64,000 nucleotides of DNA from Alphaproteobacteria bacterium (GTDB taxonomy: Bacteria > Pseudomonadota > Alphaproteobacteria > RF32 > CAG-239). The notes beneath the pieces were generated by a model, which saw nothing but the letters and a program-made list of their open reading frames with translations, did no database searches and was not told the origin of the DNA. This document shows, in pieces, positions 41,001 through 50,325 of the stretch. The stretch is from contig JAFTWG010000013.1 in NCBI GenBank assembly GCA_017465405.1, positions 7,739 through 71,738 of the forward strand, written 5' to 3'. Position 1 is the stretch's first letter. Each line of letters opens with the position of its first letter. The position numbers and the translations under genes were made by a program.

Positions 41001-42083
41001 AGTGATAGCTCTAAAACAAATGCAAGTTTTACAATCACTCGTTTAATTGGTAATCCGTATGTTTATGATGTAGAAACAGTTCATGATGAAGGATCGAATA
41101 ATTGGTTGTTGCCTTATGCAGACATCTCTAAAAAAGGTTCGGATGTGACTCCTGAAACTCTGGCCGGTATCGGTTTGCACACAGCAGGAATTGAGCAAAC
41201 AAGAAACGTTGTTCGTAATGTGGCCGGCAAAGTTGCAAGTTCTCAATCATATTGTCCTAACTGCGGAATTGTTTCCGATGCATGGGATGGTAAACTACTT
41301 CGCAATGTTTGGGTATTAGCGGATGCAAGTAAAACTTATGTTAATAAACCGATTGATGTAGATGCAAAAATTTGGGGAGTTGAAGGCGGTTTTGATTTAC
41401 AAAATGATATTAACAATACATTTGGTATATTTGCTTCTTATCGAAACGGCGAATATGACTTGAGCGGAAACGGAGCTAAATATCATTCAGAAATCGGCAG
41501 CGAAATTGAAATCGACAGTTATTTAGCCGGTTTATATTATCGCTATGATAAGAACATGAACTGGTTATTTGCAATCGTTTACGGCGGAACACAAGAAGTC
41601 GAAGCTAAAACCGATGACGGAGTTGCAAGTTTTGAAACCGATGGTTTGGAATTTGGTGCAAGTGCCGAAATCGGACATAGTTTTGCATTGAATCGCTCAA
41701 CAACTTTGTCACCGAGTTTGGGAGTTTATTATACTCAAATTAACTATGACAATGCTAACGACAATGTCGGCAAAAAATATAAGTGGGATAATATCAAACA
41801 TCTCGAAGCCGAATTAGGTTTGAGTTTGGCTAAAAACTTTGAAAACGGCAAAGCTTATATTAAACCGAGTGTAATCCAAACCTTGACTGATGATGATAGT
41901 GTATCGATTACTGATTTGAATGAAGTTGATACCTACCATGACCAAACATTAGGACGTGTTGAAGTTGGAGCAGACTATAGTTTTAGTGAAAACTTATCAG
42001 GTTATGGTTGGGCTAACTACACCTTCGGTTCAAGCTATGAGGCGACATCTGTTGGTGTAGGTGTAAGTTACAGTTGGCAATGA
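38082..42083 (+). CDS. type Va autotransporter with Pmp-like (polymorphic membrane protein) GGA[IV]-FxxN repeat passenger
   Basis: Signal peptide MKNKFFAVLLAGTFLSTNAFS. More than 25 GGAIYN/GGAIFN/GGAVYN repeats interleaved with FxxN. C-terminal about 280 aa beta-barrel translocator ending ...GVSYSWQ. Confidence 0.8.
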   Translation: MKNKFFAVLLAGTFLSTNAFSWNSWNYQGEGNYSEYSVYINQTTNITGDLYFNGGGPGYQTYIISNGNLRAFQIDSGRTGSLALENSGVGSIKNAAAQSGGGIWVSENATMTKIILRLVDNRATQWNGGGIFNAGRIYSISDMGDTYRGYNSGNFANQTGGAIFNASSGTIDEIDMYFSTNTANKYGGAIGNEGKIGTITSTLSSNIAGESGGAIYNVGTIDKITASFQDNEAKKYNGGAIFNGGTITDIINGGNYVFKGNKAAQNGGGIFNGATGKITNVTVERFQENQAQKHGGAISNEGSINHISAYSFYSNTAQNEGGAIYNIGTITDISGSFFSNSAKNGGAVANSSSEEWSDAAWGYVTFTGNTEKISGTFTGNTATESGGAIYNTGTIKEISGSFTSNKTTTYDGGAVYNAGSVTDIKADSFSKNSAKRSGGAVYNLVNGKIVNINTSFSENEAQKYGGAIGNEGEIDAINSSFSLNKAGETGGAVYNIGTIKEISGKFTSNSANLYNGGAIYNDGNITNIQSDSFSKNTSVQNSGAIFNGVNGKIADITVTSFSENSSQKYAGAIGNEGSIDNITADFSSNIAGISGGAVYNDGIIQKISGDFSSNSANAYNGGAIYNSDTINKIESSMFEKNSAVQNGGAIFNSVDGTIDEIVVADFGFVANESQNKGGAIGNEGNINNISSSFSENYAKGEGGAIYNVGTIKNIIADFSSNKTDTNGSAIANTQAEEWSDNQKDYVLYTGTIENITGTFDNNYAGGNGGAVYNSGILESIKNSSFSNNTAEGLGGAIYSSNGLNLFSSEYDMLFENNKDSTGANDIYMEGGELNINLTNNGTITFESGINGKDYNINTSGDGTGTLNINSSFGNVGQFIAKDININLVDESFLDADVLQMTNVNLNIANEKTGAISIKDYIADATTLTMDVDTKNNTSDILKVANDISGETKLIINMLSSEKQTEEIVLVEAQSDSSKTNASFTITRLIGNPYVYDVETVHDEGSNNWLLPYADISKKGSDVTPETLAGIGLHTAGIEQTRNVVRNVAGKVASSQSYCPNCGIVSDAWDGKLLRNVWVLADASKTYVNKPIDVDAKIWGVEGGFDLQNDINNTFGIFASYRNGEYDLSGNGAKYHSEIGSEIEIDSYLAGLYYRYDKNMNWLFAIVYGGTQEVEAKTDDGVASFETDGLEFGASAEIGHSFALNRSTTLSPSLGVYYTQINYDNANDNVGKKYKWDNIKHLEAELGLSLAKNFENGKAYIKPSVIQTLTDDDSVSITDLNEVDTYHDQTLGRVEVGADYSFSENLSGYGWANYTFGSSYEATSVGVGVSYSWQ

Positions 42084-42103
42084 TACTCCTCATTATAACA
42101 ACA

Positions 42104-42131
42104 AAAGGGAGGCAAATTGCTTCCCTTTTAC
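42104..42131 (+). terminator. terminator (aaagggaggc...gcttcccttt)
   Basis: 10-bp stem with one G-U pair; short T-run. Confidence 0.5.
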
Positions 42132-42219
42132 TGTTATTAGCTTATATTTTTTATATCTTGTAAAATTGTTTTTTTTAGCATACCTTAAATGAGAAGATTA
42201 ATCATTTAGGAGAGTGAAA

Positions 42220-43692
42220 ATGCGGTTTTTATCTTTATTGACATTATCGCTAATGGGAATTTCTGCGACTTGTATGGCTACAGAAAAGCTGGTCGGAGAA
42301 AATGATAAGATAAGTTTGGATATAAGTATATATAATCAAAATTTAGCCTTGGTTAAAGATGTTCGCAAAGTGGCGCTAGAGCAGGGTGTTAATGATATTG
42401 CTTTTGAAGGTGTGGCAGAAAAAATAAAATCTGAAACCGCAATTTTATATTCTGACGGTTTAACTGTTTTGGAACAAAATTATGACTATGATTTATTGAC
42501 TGCGAATAACATTGTTGACAAGTCGGTCGGAGATGTAGTCAAAACGGTTATTCAAAATCCGACTACAGGAGAAAATATCTATAATAAGGCAAAAATAGTC
42601 AGTGCTTCGTACGGGTTACCGATTTTAGAATTTGATTATGGTATTGAGGCAAATTTCCCAGGTCGTTTGGTTTTTGAAAAGTTACCGACAAGTTTGAGAG
42701 AAAAACCGACACTTGTTGCTAAAGTTATTAGTGACGCTGTTGCAACGAAAAACATATCTCTTGCATATTTGACTAATGGCATAAGTTGGAAAACAAACTA
42801 TGTTGCGAAAGTTACCGACAAAGATAAACTCAATTTGACCGGTTGGGTTACAATTAACAATGAATCCGGCATAGATTATAATAATGCCAAAGTTCAATTA
42901 ATTGCCGGTAACGTGAACGAGGTTGTAAGTTATACCGCAAGACCTATTATGTTAAGATCCGCGGTTAATGATATGGCGGTTGCCGAAACTTCTTTGGCAA
43001 AAGGAGCATCTGAACAGGAATTAAGCGGTTATCATCTTTATACTTTACCGAACAAAACCACAATTAAAGATAAGCAAACTAAACAAATCAGTTTGATTGA
43101 AAAAAATGAAGTAAAATATACAAAAGAAGCAGTGCTTTCTTCTCGTCTTTATTTTTCGCCTAATTCTGACTCTGAATTTAAACAGGTTCATCCGGATATG
43201 TATTATGTGATTAATAATAATGAAGAAGATAACCTTGGGCTGCAACTTCCCGCCGGAGTTGTACGTTTTTATGAAGACGACGACAAAGGAAATTTGCAGT
43301 TTATCGGTGAAAATTCTATATCTCACGTTGCTAAAGGAGAAACAATTCGCCTGCGTTTGGGAAGTTTTGTTAATATGTTTGCAAGTGGTAAAATTAAGCA
43401 AATTAAAAAGCTTTCGGAAGAACAACCGGAGAAAAACGGAAATCGTTGTAATGATGTAAAATCTGTTTATAGCTATGATGCAGAAATAGAGTTTACAAAT
43501 TCGGGAAAAAATCCGCAGGAAATTGTTTATACTCAAAATCTGCCGCAAGATGCCGAAATATGGGCTAAAAAAATTACGGGAAATCTGAAAAATGCTTCTG
43601 CTTATGAATGGCGTTTTATGGTTCCTGCTGACGGAAAACAAACGTTGAATTTTGTTGTAAAAGCTCCTTATACAAAGAGAGTTTGTAACTAA
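42220..43692 (+). CDS. DUF4139/DUF4140-family secreted protein (MuiA-like)
   Basis: Signal peptide MRFLSLLTLSLMGISATCMA. TAGGAGAG RBS 5 nt upstream of the ATG at 42220. Domain pattern of the DUF4140-DUF4139 family. Confidence 0.6.
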   Translation: MRFLSLLTLSLMGISATCMATEKLVGENDKISLDISIYNQNLALVKDVRKVALEQGVNDIAFEGVAEKIKSETAILYSDGLTVLEQNYDYDLLTANNIVDKSVGDVVKTVIQNPTTGENIYNKAKIVSASYGLPILEFDYGIEANFPGRLVFEKLPTSLREKPTLVAKVISDAVATKNISLAYLTNGISWKTNYVAKVTDKDKLNLTGWVTINNESGIDYNNAKVQLIAGNVNEVVSYTARPIMLRSAVNDMAVAETSLAKGASEQELSGYHLYTLPNKTTIKDKQTKQISLIEKNEVKYTKEAVLSSRLYFSPNSDSEFKQVHPDMYYVINNNEEDNLGLQLPAGVVRFYEDDDKGNLQFIGENSISHVAKGETIRLRLGSFVNMFASGKIKQIKKLSEEQPEKNGNRCNDVKSVYSYDAEIEFTNSGKNPQEIVYTQNLPQDAEIWAKKITGNLKNASAYEWRFMVPADGKQTLNFVVKAPYTKRVCN

Positions 43693-43696
43693 ACTA

Positions 43697-43731
43697 AAAT
43701 CCCCGAAGAATTAAAACTTCGGGGATTTTTC
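43697..43731. terminator. bidirectional terminator (aaatccccgaag...cttcggggattt)
   Basis: 12-bp stem with A/T runs on both sides, between convergent genes. Confidence 0.65.
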
Positions 43732-44790
43732 TTATATCTGTGGAGTTAAAACTGATTTGGCAAACTCAATATCAAACTCTCGATTTTCTCGTTTTTGTTT
43801 TATACAATCGTTTTTTAAATGTCTGTCGTTCATAATACAAAAATCGGGAGTTATACCATTTTTATCCATTTTCTTGCCGGACGGAGAATGAAATTGTCCG
43901 GTGGTCAGGGCTAATCTGGCTTTGTTTTCAAATTGGTATATGTCTTGAATTGTGCTTTTTCCAAAAGTAGGAGTGCCGATTATTTTAGCTTGTGCTTGTT
44001 CTTTTAGGGCAACGGTTAAAACTTCGGCAGAAGAAGCGGTTGCAGAATCAACCAAAACAGCTAGAGGATAGTTGTATGTCTTTTGATTTTTAGCCACATA
44101 ATATTTGTCATCACTTCCTTCTTTTCCTTTTACAATAGCAATAATCCCGTCATCAATAAAAAGTTTTGCAACCTCAATCGCAGCGTTGAGTTGTCCGCCT
44201 TTATTTCCTCTTAAATCAAGAATGATGCCATTTACACGATTATGACGAGCTATTGATTTTTTTATAAAGTTTGCGGTATTATTTTCAAAACTTTTAATTT
44301 TTATTGTCAGAAATTCGCCATCTGAGCTATCATCAATAGCTGTTTCAATCACTTCGTCTTCAATTTCGTCAGAATAGTGATATTGTGAATGATTATCTAG
44401 TGATTTTACTGCATCAAACAAAACTTTTTCGGCCACGTGTCCATCATAGTTTTTCGTTTTTGACGATATTTTTTGAGCCTTTTCAACAGCTTTATTTGCT
44501 ATTTCTGCCCAAGTGTTGATATCGTTCTTGTCTTTCGGTTTATGCCATAGTGCTACTTGTTTTCTTTTATAATATAAATAGACCATATCTTTGCCGTCAC
44601 CGATAGTGAAATTTTTATCAATTTCCGACAATCCTTTTAATCCGTTTATGGTTAAGGATTCAATATTAACCGGAGTAATATGGTTGTTGTTTATAGTGGT
44701 ATAAACGGTTGTAAATAGAGTTTTATCGTTAGCATAAGTCGTTGTAAAAACAAGGCTTAAAGCAATAGTCAATATTATTTTCTTGAGCAT
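43732..44790 (-). CDS. S41-family C-terminal processing (tail-specific) peptidase
   Basis: 352 aa. Signal peptide. Catalytic Ser/Lys region (DLRGNKGGQL...SASSAEV). Confidence 0.8.
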   Translation of the reverse strand: MLKKIILTIALSLVFTTTYANDKTLFTTVYTTINNNHITPVNIESLTINGLKGLSEIDKNFTIGDGKDMVYLYYKRKQVALWHKPKDKNDINTWAEIANKAVEKAQKISSKTKNYDGHVAEKVLFDAVKSLDNHSQYHYSDEIEDEVIETAIDDSSDGEFLTIKIKSFENNTANFIKKSIARHNRVNGIILDLRGNKGGQLNAAIEVAKLFIDDGIIAIVKGKEGSDDKYYVAKNQKTYNYPLAVLVDSATASSAEVLTVALKEQAQAKIIGTPTFGKSTIQDIYQFENKARLALTTGQFHSPSGKKMDKNGITPDFCIMNDRHLKNDCIKQKRENREFDIEFAKSVLTPQI

Positions 44791-46580
44791 TTTGACCTCT
44801 TTTTATGTTTTGTTTTTTTCGTTTTTTTATTTTTTATTTCCGGCATTCTATCAGGAAGATATGCAAAAATCAACCCGCCGGTTACAGGTTCTGCTTCGGT
44901 AAGGCGAGCGGTAATATTATCGCCCAATCGAAATTTTAATTTTGTTTCTACTCCGCGTAGAGTTGTTTCGGCATCTAAAAGCTGATAAAAATCTCGCGGA
45001 AGAGTTCGCATCGGAATAAGTCCTTCAGCTCCGATTTCTTCTATTCTGACAAAAATACCGGCATTGCTTAAACCGCTGATTTTTAGTTCAAATTCTGCTC
45101 CGGTAAGCGGTTTAAGATAAGCTGAAATGTATCGAGCGGTAATATCTCTTTCAATAGCAACTGCGGTACGTTCGGTTGTGCATAAGTGTTCTGCGGTTTC
45201 TTCCATTGCTTTTAGTGATAAAATTTTAGTATCTTTTTGCATATTACACACATTGATAATCAAACGGTGAATTATCAAATCGGAATAACGTCGAATTGGT
45301 GATGTAAAATGCACATATTTTTTTAAGTTTAGTCCGAAGTGACCGCAATTATGCGGAGAATATTTTGCCTGACATTGCAAACGGAGAACCAAATCATCAA
45401 TACCATGAGAAATATTTTTTTGTTTGCATATTTCAATGATTTTGTTCAGATGCTTGGGCATCAGGGCAGAATAGTCAGGTAACTTCAGCTTCAAATCATT
45501 TAGTAGCGGTTTTAGTTCTTGCAGTTTTTCTTCCAACGGTTTTTCGTGAATACGGTACATTATCGGAATTTTGAAATCAGAAAGAAAACTTGCTGCGGCA
45601 ACATTGGCTGCAATCATAAATTCTTCAATTAATTTATTAGATGTAAGGTTTTGTCTTTTTTCAATATTACAAACATCTCCGTTTTTAGAAAATTTTATTT
45701 TTACTTCACAACTTTCAATTTCAAGAGCTCCACGAGATTTTCGTGCTTTTTCAAGAGCAAAATATGCTTGATATAACGGATTTATGACCATTGTGAAAAT
45801 TTGTTTGGTCAATGAATTGAAGTGTCCGTGAAAGGCATTATCAACTTCTTTGTAGGTCAAACGGGCAACAGATTTGATAATTGCCCGTTCAAAACGATAA
45901 TTTAAGATGTTTCCGTGTTTATCAATTTCCATAAAACAGGCAATAACCGGACGTTTTACTTTCGGGTTTAACGAGCATAAATCGTTGCTCAAAATTTCGG
46001 GCAACATCGGGATAACTCTTTGCGGTAAATAAACAGAGTTTCCTCTTTTATATGCTTCGGTATCAAGTCTGCTATGCGATTTTACATAAAAAGCAACATC
46101 GGCAATAGCAACAATAATTTTAAAGCCGAAATCAGTAGGGATTGCATATACGGCATCATCAAAATCTTTAGAATCGTCTCCATCAATAGTCACAAAGGGG
46201 AGGGATGTTAAATCTGTTCGTCGGTCTTGATTGAAGTCATCAAAATTTTTACATTCTGCCAAAGTTACGTCATCGAAAGTTTCGGGTATTTTATATTTTT
46301 TTGTAACCAATATTTCATCTAACAGCGATAATGAAAAAGGGCCATAATTTTTAATTAATTCAGCTTCGTTTGAACGCCGATTGTTAGTAGGCATAATTTC
46401 TACCAAATCGTTATTATGCAGATTTTTTATTGTTCCCAACAGATATGGTTGTCGACTTTTATCGCAAGGTTTTACCCAACTTACACCATTTTGTTTATAT
46501 ACAGTTCCGAAAATTTCAGTCAAATTTTCGGTAGTGTCAGTAAAAGTCTTTTTAGAGTGTGAAAATTTTATTTTGGGCAT
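44775..46580 (-). CDS. rnr: ribonuclease R (RNase II/R family exoribonuclease, VacB)
   Basis: 601 aa. RNB catalytic domain, C-terminal S1 domain and Lys-rich basic tail (NKKTKKTKHKKRSKCSRK). Confidence 0.8.
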   Translation of the reverse strand: MPKIKFSHSKKTFTDTTENLTEIFGTVYKQNGVSWVKPCDKSRQPYLLGTIKNLHNNDLVEIMPTNNRRSNEAELIKNYGPFSLSLLDEILVTKKYKIPETFDDVTLAECKNFDDFNQDRRTDLTSLPFVTIDGDDSKDFDDAVYAIPTDFGFKIIVAIADVAFYVKSHSRLDTEAYKRGNSVYLPQRVIPMLPEILSNDLCSLNPKVKRPVIACFMEIDKHGNILNYRFERAIIKSVARLTYKEVDNAFHGHFNSLTKQIFTMVINPLYQAYFALEKARKSRGALEIESCEVKIKFSKNGDVCNIEKRQNLTSNKLIEEFMIAANVAAASFLSDFKIPIMYRIHEKPLEEKLQELKPLLNDLKLKLPDYSALMPKHLNKIIEICKQKNISHGIDDLVLRLQCQAKYSPHNCGHFGLNLKKYVHFTSPIRRYSDLIIHRLIINVCNMQKDTKILSLKAMEETAEHLCTTERTAVAIERDITARYISAYLKPLTGAEFELKISGLSNAGIFVRIEEIGAEGLIPMRTLPRDFYQLLDAETTLRGVETKLKFRLGDNITARLTEAEPVTGGLIFAYLPDRMPEIKNKKTKKTKHKKRSKCSRK

Positions 46581-47371
46581 TATTTCAACTCTGCAATAAG
46601 CGGTGTGTGGTCTGAGGGTTTGTTATCTTTACGAGGGTTTTTATCTACATTACAAGAAAGCAAATTATCCACAGCCGGAGCAGATAAAAACAGATAGTCA
46701 ATTCTCATTCCGAAATCTGCAGAAAAGGCATTTCCGGTATAATCCCAAAACGTATATCCGATATCTGATGGATGCAGACAGCGAAAGGCATCGTAAAAGC
46801 CAAGATACGAAAGTTGTTTTAAGCGTGTTTGAACTTCCGATCTGAAAAGCGCATTACCTTTGAAAATTTGCGGATTGTAAACATCTTTATCCGATAAGAT
46901 TATATTGAAATCTCCGCCTAAAATGACCGGTTGAGATATTGTTGCGAGTTTTTTTACGTGTTCTAAAAAAGCGTCAATCCATTTGATTTTATAGTCAAAT
47001 TTTGAGGTGTCGTGTGCATTGTTATACGGAGGATTGCCGTTAGGAAGATATATGGATGCAACACGATAAGTTGTATCTTTAATTGTTACGTCTGCTTCCA
47101 AATAGCGCATTTGTTCATCATTAAAATTGGGCAAATTTTCGTGAATTATATTTATTTTTCCGGTGCTTAATATTGCGACACCATTATAGCTTTTTTGCCC
47201 TAATATTTTAGCATCATATCCACAAGCGGCTAATTCAAAAAACGGAAAATTATTATATTCTGATTTAATTTCTTGTAATAAAACTATATCAGGTTTTTCT
47301 GCTTTAAGCCACGTACAGAGGTTTTCAATGCGTGCATTTATCGAGTTTACATTAAATGTTGCAATTTTCAT
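46580..47371 (-). CDS. xthA: exodeoxyribonuclease III (AP endonuclease)
   Basis: 263 aa EEP-fold. Starts MKIATFNVNS; C-terminal motif DHTPLIAEL. Confidence 0.85.
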   Translation of the reverse strand: MKIATFNVNSINARIENLCTWLKAEKPDIVLLQEIKSEYNNFPFFELAACGYDAKILGQKSYNGVAILSTGKINIIHENLPNFNDEQMRYLEADVTIKDTTYRVASIYLPNGNPPYNNAHDTSKFDYKIKWIDAFLEHVKKLATISQPVILGGDFNIILSDKDVYNPQIFKGNALFRSEVQTRLKQLSYLGFYDAFRCLHPSDIGYTFWDYTGNAFSADFGMRIDYLFLSAPAVDNLLSCNVDKNPRKDNKPSDHTPLIAELK

Positions 47372-47453
47372 AAATTTAAGCCTTTACTATTTTATCATTT
47401 TTAATGTATATTACTTTTGTTCTTGTGAAAAGTAAAAAAATTAGGAGATAAGA

Positions 47454-48371
47454 ATGCTTGATAATTTTTCTGATAATTACAGACGAGATGACGAAGAAGT
47501 ATTAAATGAATTTCGTCAGAAACAGGTCAATTTTGATTTAGAAGAAAGAAAAAACGAAATAGACAATTCTCGCAGTCTTTTTATCGGAGCTTTGGCCGGA
47601 TTATTTATGGCCGGTATTGTTGGGTGGTTTGTTTTGGCTCCTCGTTATCAGACAAATGATGAAGATAATATTCCTCTGATTTCTCGTCCGCAACAACCGG
47701 TAAAAGTTTTGCCGGCCGGAGTAAATGAAGTTGATGTTAAGACTCAAGATCGAAGTGTATATGATGTTCTGGCTAAAAACGAACCTAAAGAAGAAAATAC
47801 AAATATTGTGGAATCTACCGAAACTCCTAATTTACAAGCTATCGAAAAATTGGTTGAAGAAGTTGCAGCCAATGCTCCCGAAACACCTGCTGCCGAAGTT
47901 GAATCGCTAACCTCGGTTGCTGTTGCTCCGGTTGCAGAAGTAAAGAAAGAAAACAAGACTACCGAAACAAAAGTTGAAGAAGTAAAAACAGAAGTCATAG
48001 CAAAAAAAACAGAGGTTACCGAACCGGTTAAAGAAGAAATTAAGGTTGCAGAAGTTAAAAAAGAAGAAGTAGCCAAAGTTGAAGAAGTTGCAAAAGCGGA
48101 AGCTGTTGTTAACGAAATCAAAAAGGGGACATGGTCAGTTCAGTTGATGTCTTCGCCAAACAAACCGGCAGTTGAAAAATCTTGGCTGACATTGTCAAAG
48201 AAATATTCTCTGCTTAAAAACTTGCCGCATGAAGTTGAAAAAGCTGATTTAGGTGCAAAAGGTGTATTTTATCGTTTGAAAGCCGGTTCTTTGCCGACAA
48301 AAACAGAAGCTACGGCATTGTGCGGAAAATTGAAGGCTTTGGGCGGTAGTTGTTTTGTGGTTAAAAAATAA
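47454..48371 (+). CDS. SPOR-domain protein (septal peptidoglycan binding) with TM anchor and Glu/Lys/Val-rich linker
   Basis: One TM segment, a low-complexity EVKKEE linker, and a C-terminal SPOR domain (WSVQLMSSPNKPAVEKSW...YRLKAGSLPTKTEA...LGGSCFVVKK). Confidence 0.7.
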   Translation: MLDNFSDNYRRDDEEVLNEFRQKQVNFDLEERKNEIDNSRSLFIGALAGLFMAGIVGWFVLAPRYQTNDEDNIPLISRPQQPVKVLPAGVNEVDVKTQDRSVYDVLAKNEPKEENTNIVESTETPNLQAIEKLVEEVAANAPETPAAEVESLTSVAVAPVAEVKKENKTTETKVEEVKTEVIAKKTEVTEPVKEEIKVAEVKKEEVAKVEEVAKAEAVVNEIKKGTWSVQLMSSPNKPAVEKSWLTLSKKYSLLKNLPHEVEKADLGAKGVFYRLKAGSLPTKTEATALCGKLKALGGSCFVVKK

Positions 48372-49015
48372 TGCCGTTATTTCAACTTATACTGGCCCTG
48401 ATTCCGATATTTTTTTCTATTGTTTTGCACGAAGTTGCTCATGGTTACGCAGCTTTGAAATGTGGCGATGATACTGCAAAAAGATATGGAAGATTGTCAT
48501 TAAATCCGCTAGTCCATGTTGATAAATTCGGTACGATATTTTTGCCATTGTTGTTGTTATGGGCAGGATCGCCATTTTTATTCGGTTGGGCAAAGCCGGT
48601 CCCCGTCAACTTTAATCGTTTGAAAAATCGCCATCGTGATGTGGTTATTGTTGCATCTGCCGGAATTGTCGTAAATATGGTTTTAGCAAGTGTGGCATAT
48701 CAGGTGCTTATGTCAACTTCAACAAACACAATTTTTTCGCCGTTTTTTATCAATTTACTGACAATAAACTTGGCATTGATTTTTATTAATATCCTACCAA
48801 TTCCTCCGCTTGACGGTTCTAAAATTTTCTTTGGTTGGATAGATAAGCCTTGGGCAAAAAAATATATTTACGCCGAAAGAGAGGGAATGATTGCTTTAAT
48901 TATTTTGGTGGCGATTGTTCCGGTAGTTGAGCGAGCATTCGGGCTTTCGTCTTTTGAAATGTTAGATCCTTTGGGGTGGTACATCAAAACGATGTTTCGT
49001 TGGATTTTGGGGTAA
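48371..49015 (+). CDS. site-2 protease (M50) family membrane metalloprotease
   Basis: 214 aa polytopic. HExxH in a TM helix (LHEVAHG). Confidence 0.7.
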   Translation: MPLFQLILALIPIFFSIVLHEVAHGYAALKCGDDTAKRYGRLSLNPLVHVDKFGTIFLPLLLLWAGSPFLFGWAKPVPVNFNRLKNRHRDVVIVASAGIVVNMVLASVAYQVLMSTSTNTIFSPFFINLLTINLALIFINILPIPPLDGSKIFFGWIDKPWAKKYIYAEREGMIALIILVAIVPVVERAFGLSSFEMLDPLGWYIKTMFRWILG

Positions 49016-49018
49016 TAT

Positions 49019-50041
49019 ATGACAAAGGCTGCGATAGTTTCAATTTCCGGTTTATATCTCAGTGATGAAGAAAAACAAATTTTGTCGCAAATGCAACCTG
49101 TCGGGGTGTCTCTTTTCAGTCGTAATATATCAAACAAGCAACAACTCCGTTTACTTATCAATGAGATAAAAGAAGTTATCGGTGATGATGTGATTGTTGC
49201 CGTTGACCAAGAAGGCGGACGAGTCAGACGTTTGGCTGAGCCGGAATGGAAAAGTTATGCCTCGCAAAATGTATTGGGGAAATTATCTCCAGAAATAGCT
49301 AAAATGCACGCAACTCTGATTGCACGAGATTTGAAAGAAGTCGGTATAAATCTTAATTATGCTCCGGTCTTGGATAAGTTATATCCGCAAACTCACGAAG
49401 TCTTACGTTCTCGTTGTTTTGCAAACCACGAAACTGAGCTGGCAAAGGCGATGATAGAGACATATTGTAACAACGGAGTTTGTCCATGTATAAAACATCT
49501 TCCGGGCCATGGTCGAGCAAAAGTTGACCCTCATTTAGGATTGCCGGTTATAGATTGTTCTTTGAGTGATTTTGAACAAGATATGAATATCTTTAAGGCA
49601 AATAACACCGCACCGGCAGGAATGACGGCTCATATAGTTTTGCCGGAGGTTGACGACAAGCCGATTACGATGAGTTCGAAAGTAATCAAAGAAATTATAA
49701 GGGGATACATAGGTTTTGATGGACTGCTTATTTCTGATGCAATCGATATGAACGCATTAAGCGGTACAATTTGCGAAAGAGCCATAAAATCGCTGTCTGC
49801 CGGTTGTGATTTAGTTTGTTATTGTGGCGGAAAAACAGAGGATTTGAGCAATTTAGCAAAGGAATTGCCTCAAGTTAGCGAAATAACCGAACAGCGCTTG
49901 CAAAAGGTTAGAGATATTATAAAAAAATCTGCAACAGATGAGGTTGATTATGAACAATATCAACAGGCAATCGGTTCTGTTGAAACCTATACCGAAAGCT
50001 ACGATGCCACCGAAGTTTTAAACCTCATGAACAAAAAATAA
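49019..50041 (+). CDS. nagZ: beta-N-acetylhexosaminidase NagZ (GH3)
   Basis: 340 aa. GH3 motifs VDQEGGRVRRL and KHLPGHG. Confidence 0.8.
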   Translation: MTKAAIVSISGLYLSDEEKQILSQMQPVGVSLFSRNISNKQQLRLLINEIKEVIGDDVIVAVDQEGGRVRRLAEPEWKSYASQNVLGKLSPEIAKMHATLIARDLKEVGINLNYAPVLDKLYPQTHEVLRSRCFANHETELAKAMIETYCNNGVCPCIKHLPGHGRAKVDPHLGLPVIDCSLSDFEQDMNIFKANNTAPAGMTAHIVLPEVDDKPITMSSKVIKEIIRGYIGFDGLLISDAIDMNALSGTICERAIKSLSAGCDLVCYCGGKTEDLSNLAKELPQVSEITEQRLQKVRDIIKKSATDEVDYEQYQQAIGSVETYTESYDATEVLNLMNKK

Positions 50042-50056
50042 GTTCTATTTTTACTT

Positions 50057-50254
50057 GCTATTCTCATAAATTTCTTATACTCTTATTTTTGGAATGCTGA
50101 TAGGTGTTCTGGGGCGTAGAAACCTCTTTATGAGCGTCTGTGTAAAGACGATAAATTTGCACGCCTTCTAGTCTATGACTGGAAGGCGACAAAATAGGCT
50201 ATATGACATATATTTACTAGTGATATATGTCTCTTTGCTAATATGTCGCGCTAT
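50057..50254. repeat. perfect 15-bp direct repeat GCTATTCTCATAAAT (50057-50071 and 50240-50254) bracketing a GC-richer multi-hairpin segment
   Basis: Read directly. Interior hairpins include ggcgt...acgcc, cgtct-gtgtaa-agacg, ccttc...gaagg, and the 9-bp-arm palindrome gacatatat-ttactagtg-atatatgtc. Confidence 0.45.
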
Positions 50255-50279
50255 TCTCATAAATAGTTTCTAACTTCCA

Positions 50280-50303
50280 GTCGCCTAATCTGGCGACTTT
50301 TTT
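50280..50303 (+). terminator. intrinsic terminator-like hairpin (gtcgcc-taatct-ggcgac, T6) inside the autotransporter leader
   Basis: Perfect 6-bp GC stem plus T6, ending 23 nt before the ATG and 4 nt before the RBS. Confidence 0.5.
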
Positions 50304-50325
50304 GTTAGGAAGGACAACAGATACT

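Noticed and set aside
38082-42083. Possibility that the periodic GGTGGTGC(T/A)AT... DNA repeats are a CRISPR array or other non-coding repeat
   Set aside because: They are in-frame codons for the GGAIYN/FxxN Pmp motif of a continuous 1334-aa ORF. Spacing is irregular in nt and there are no spacer/repeat units.
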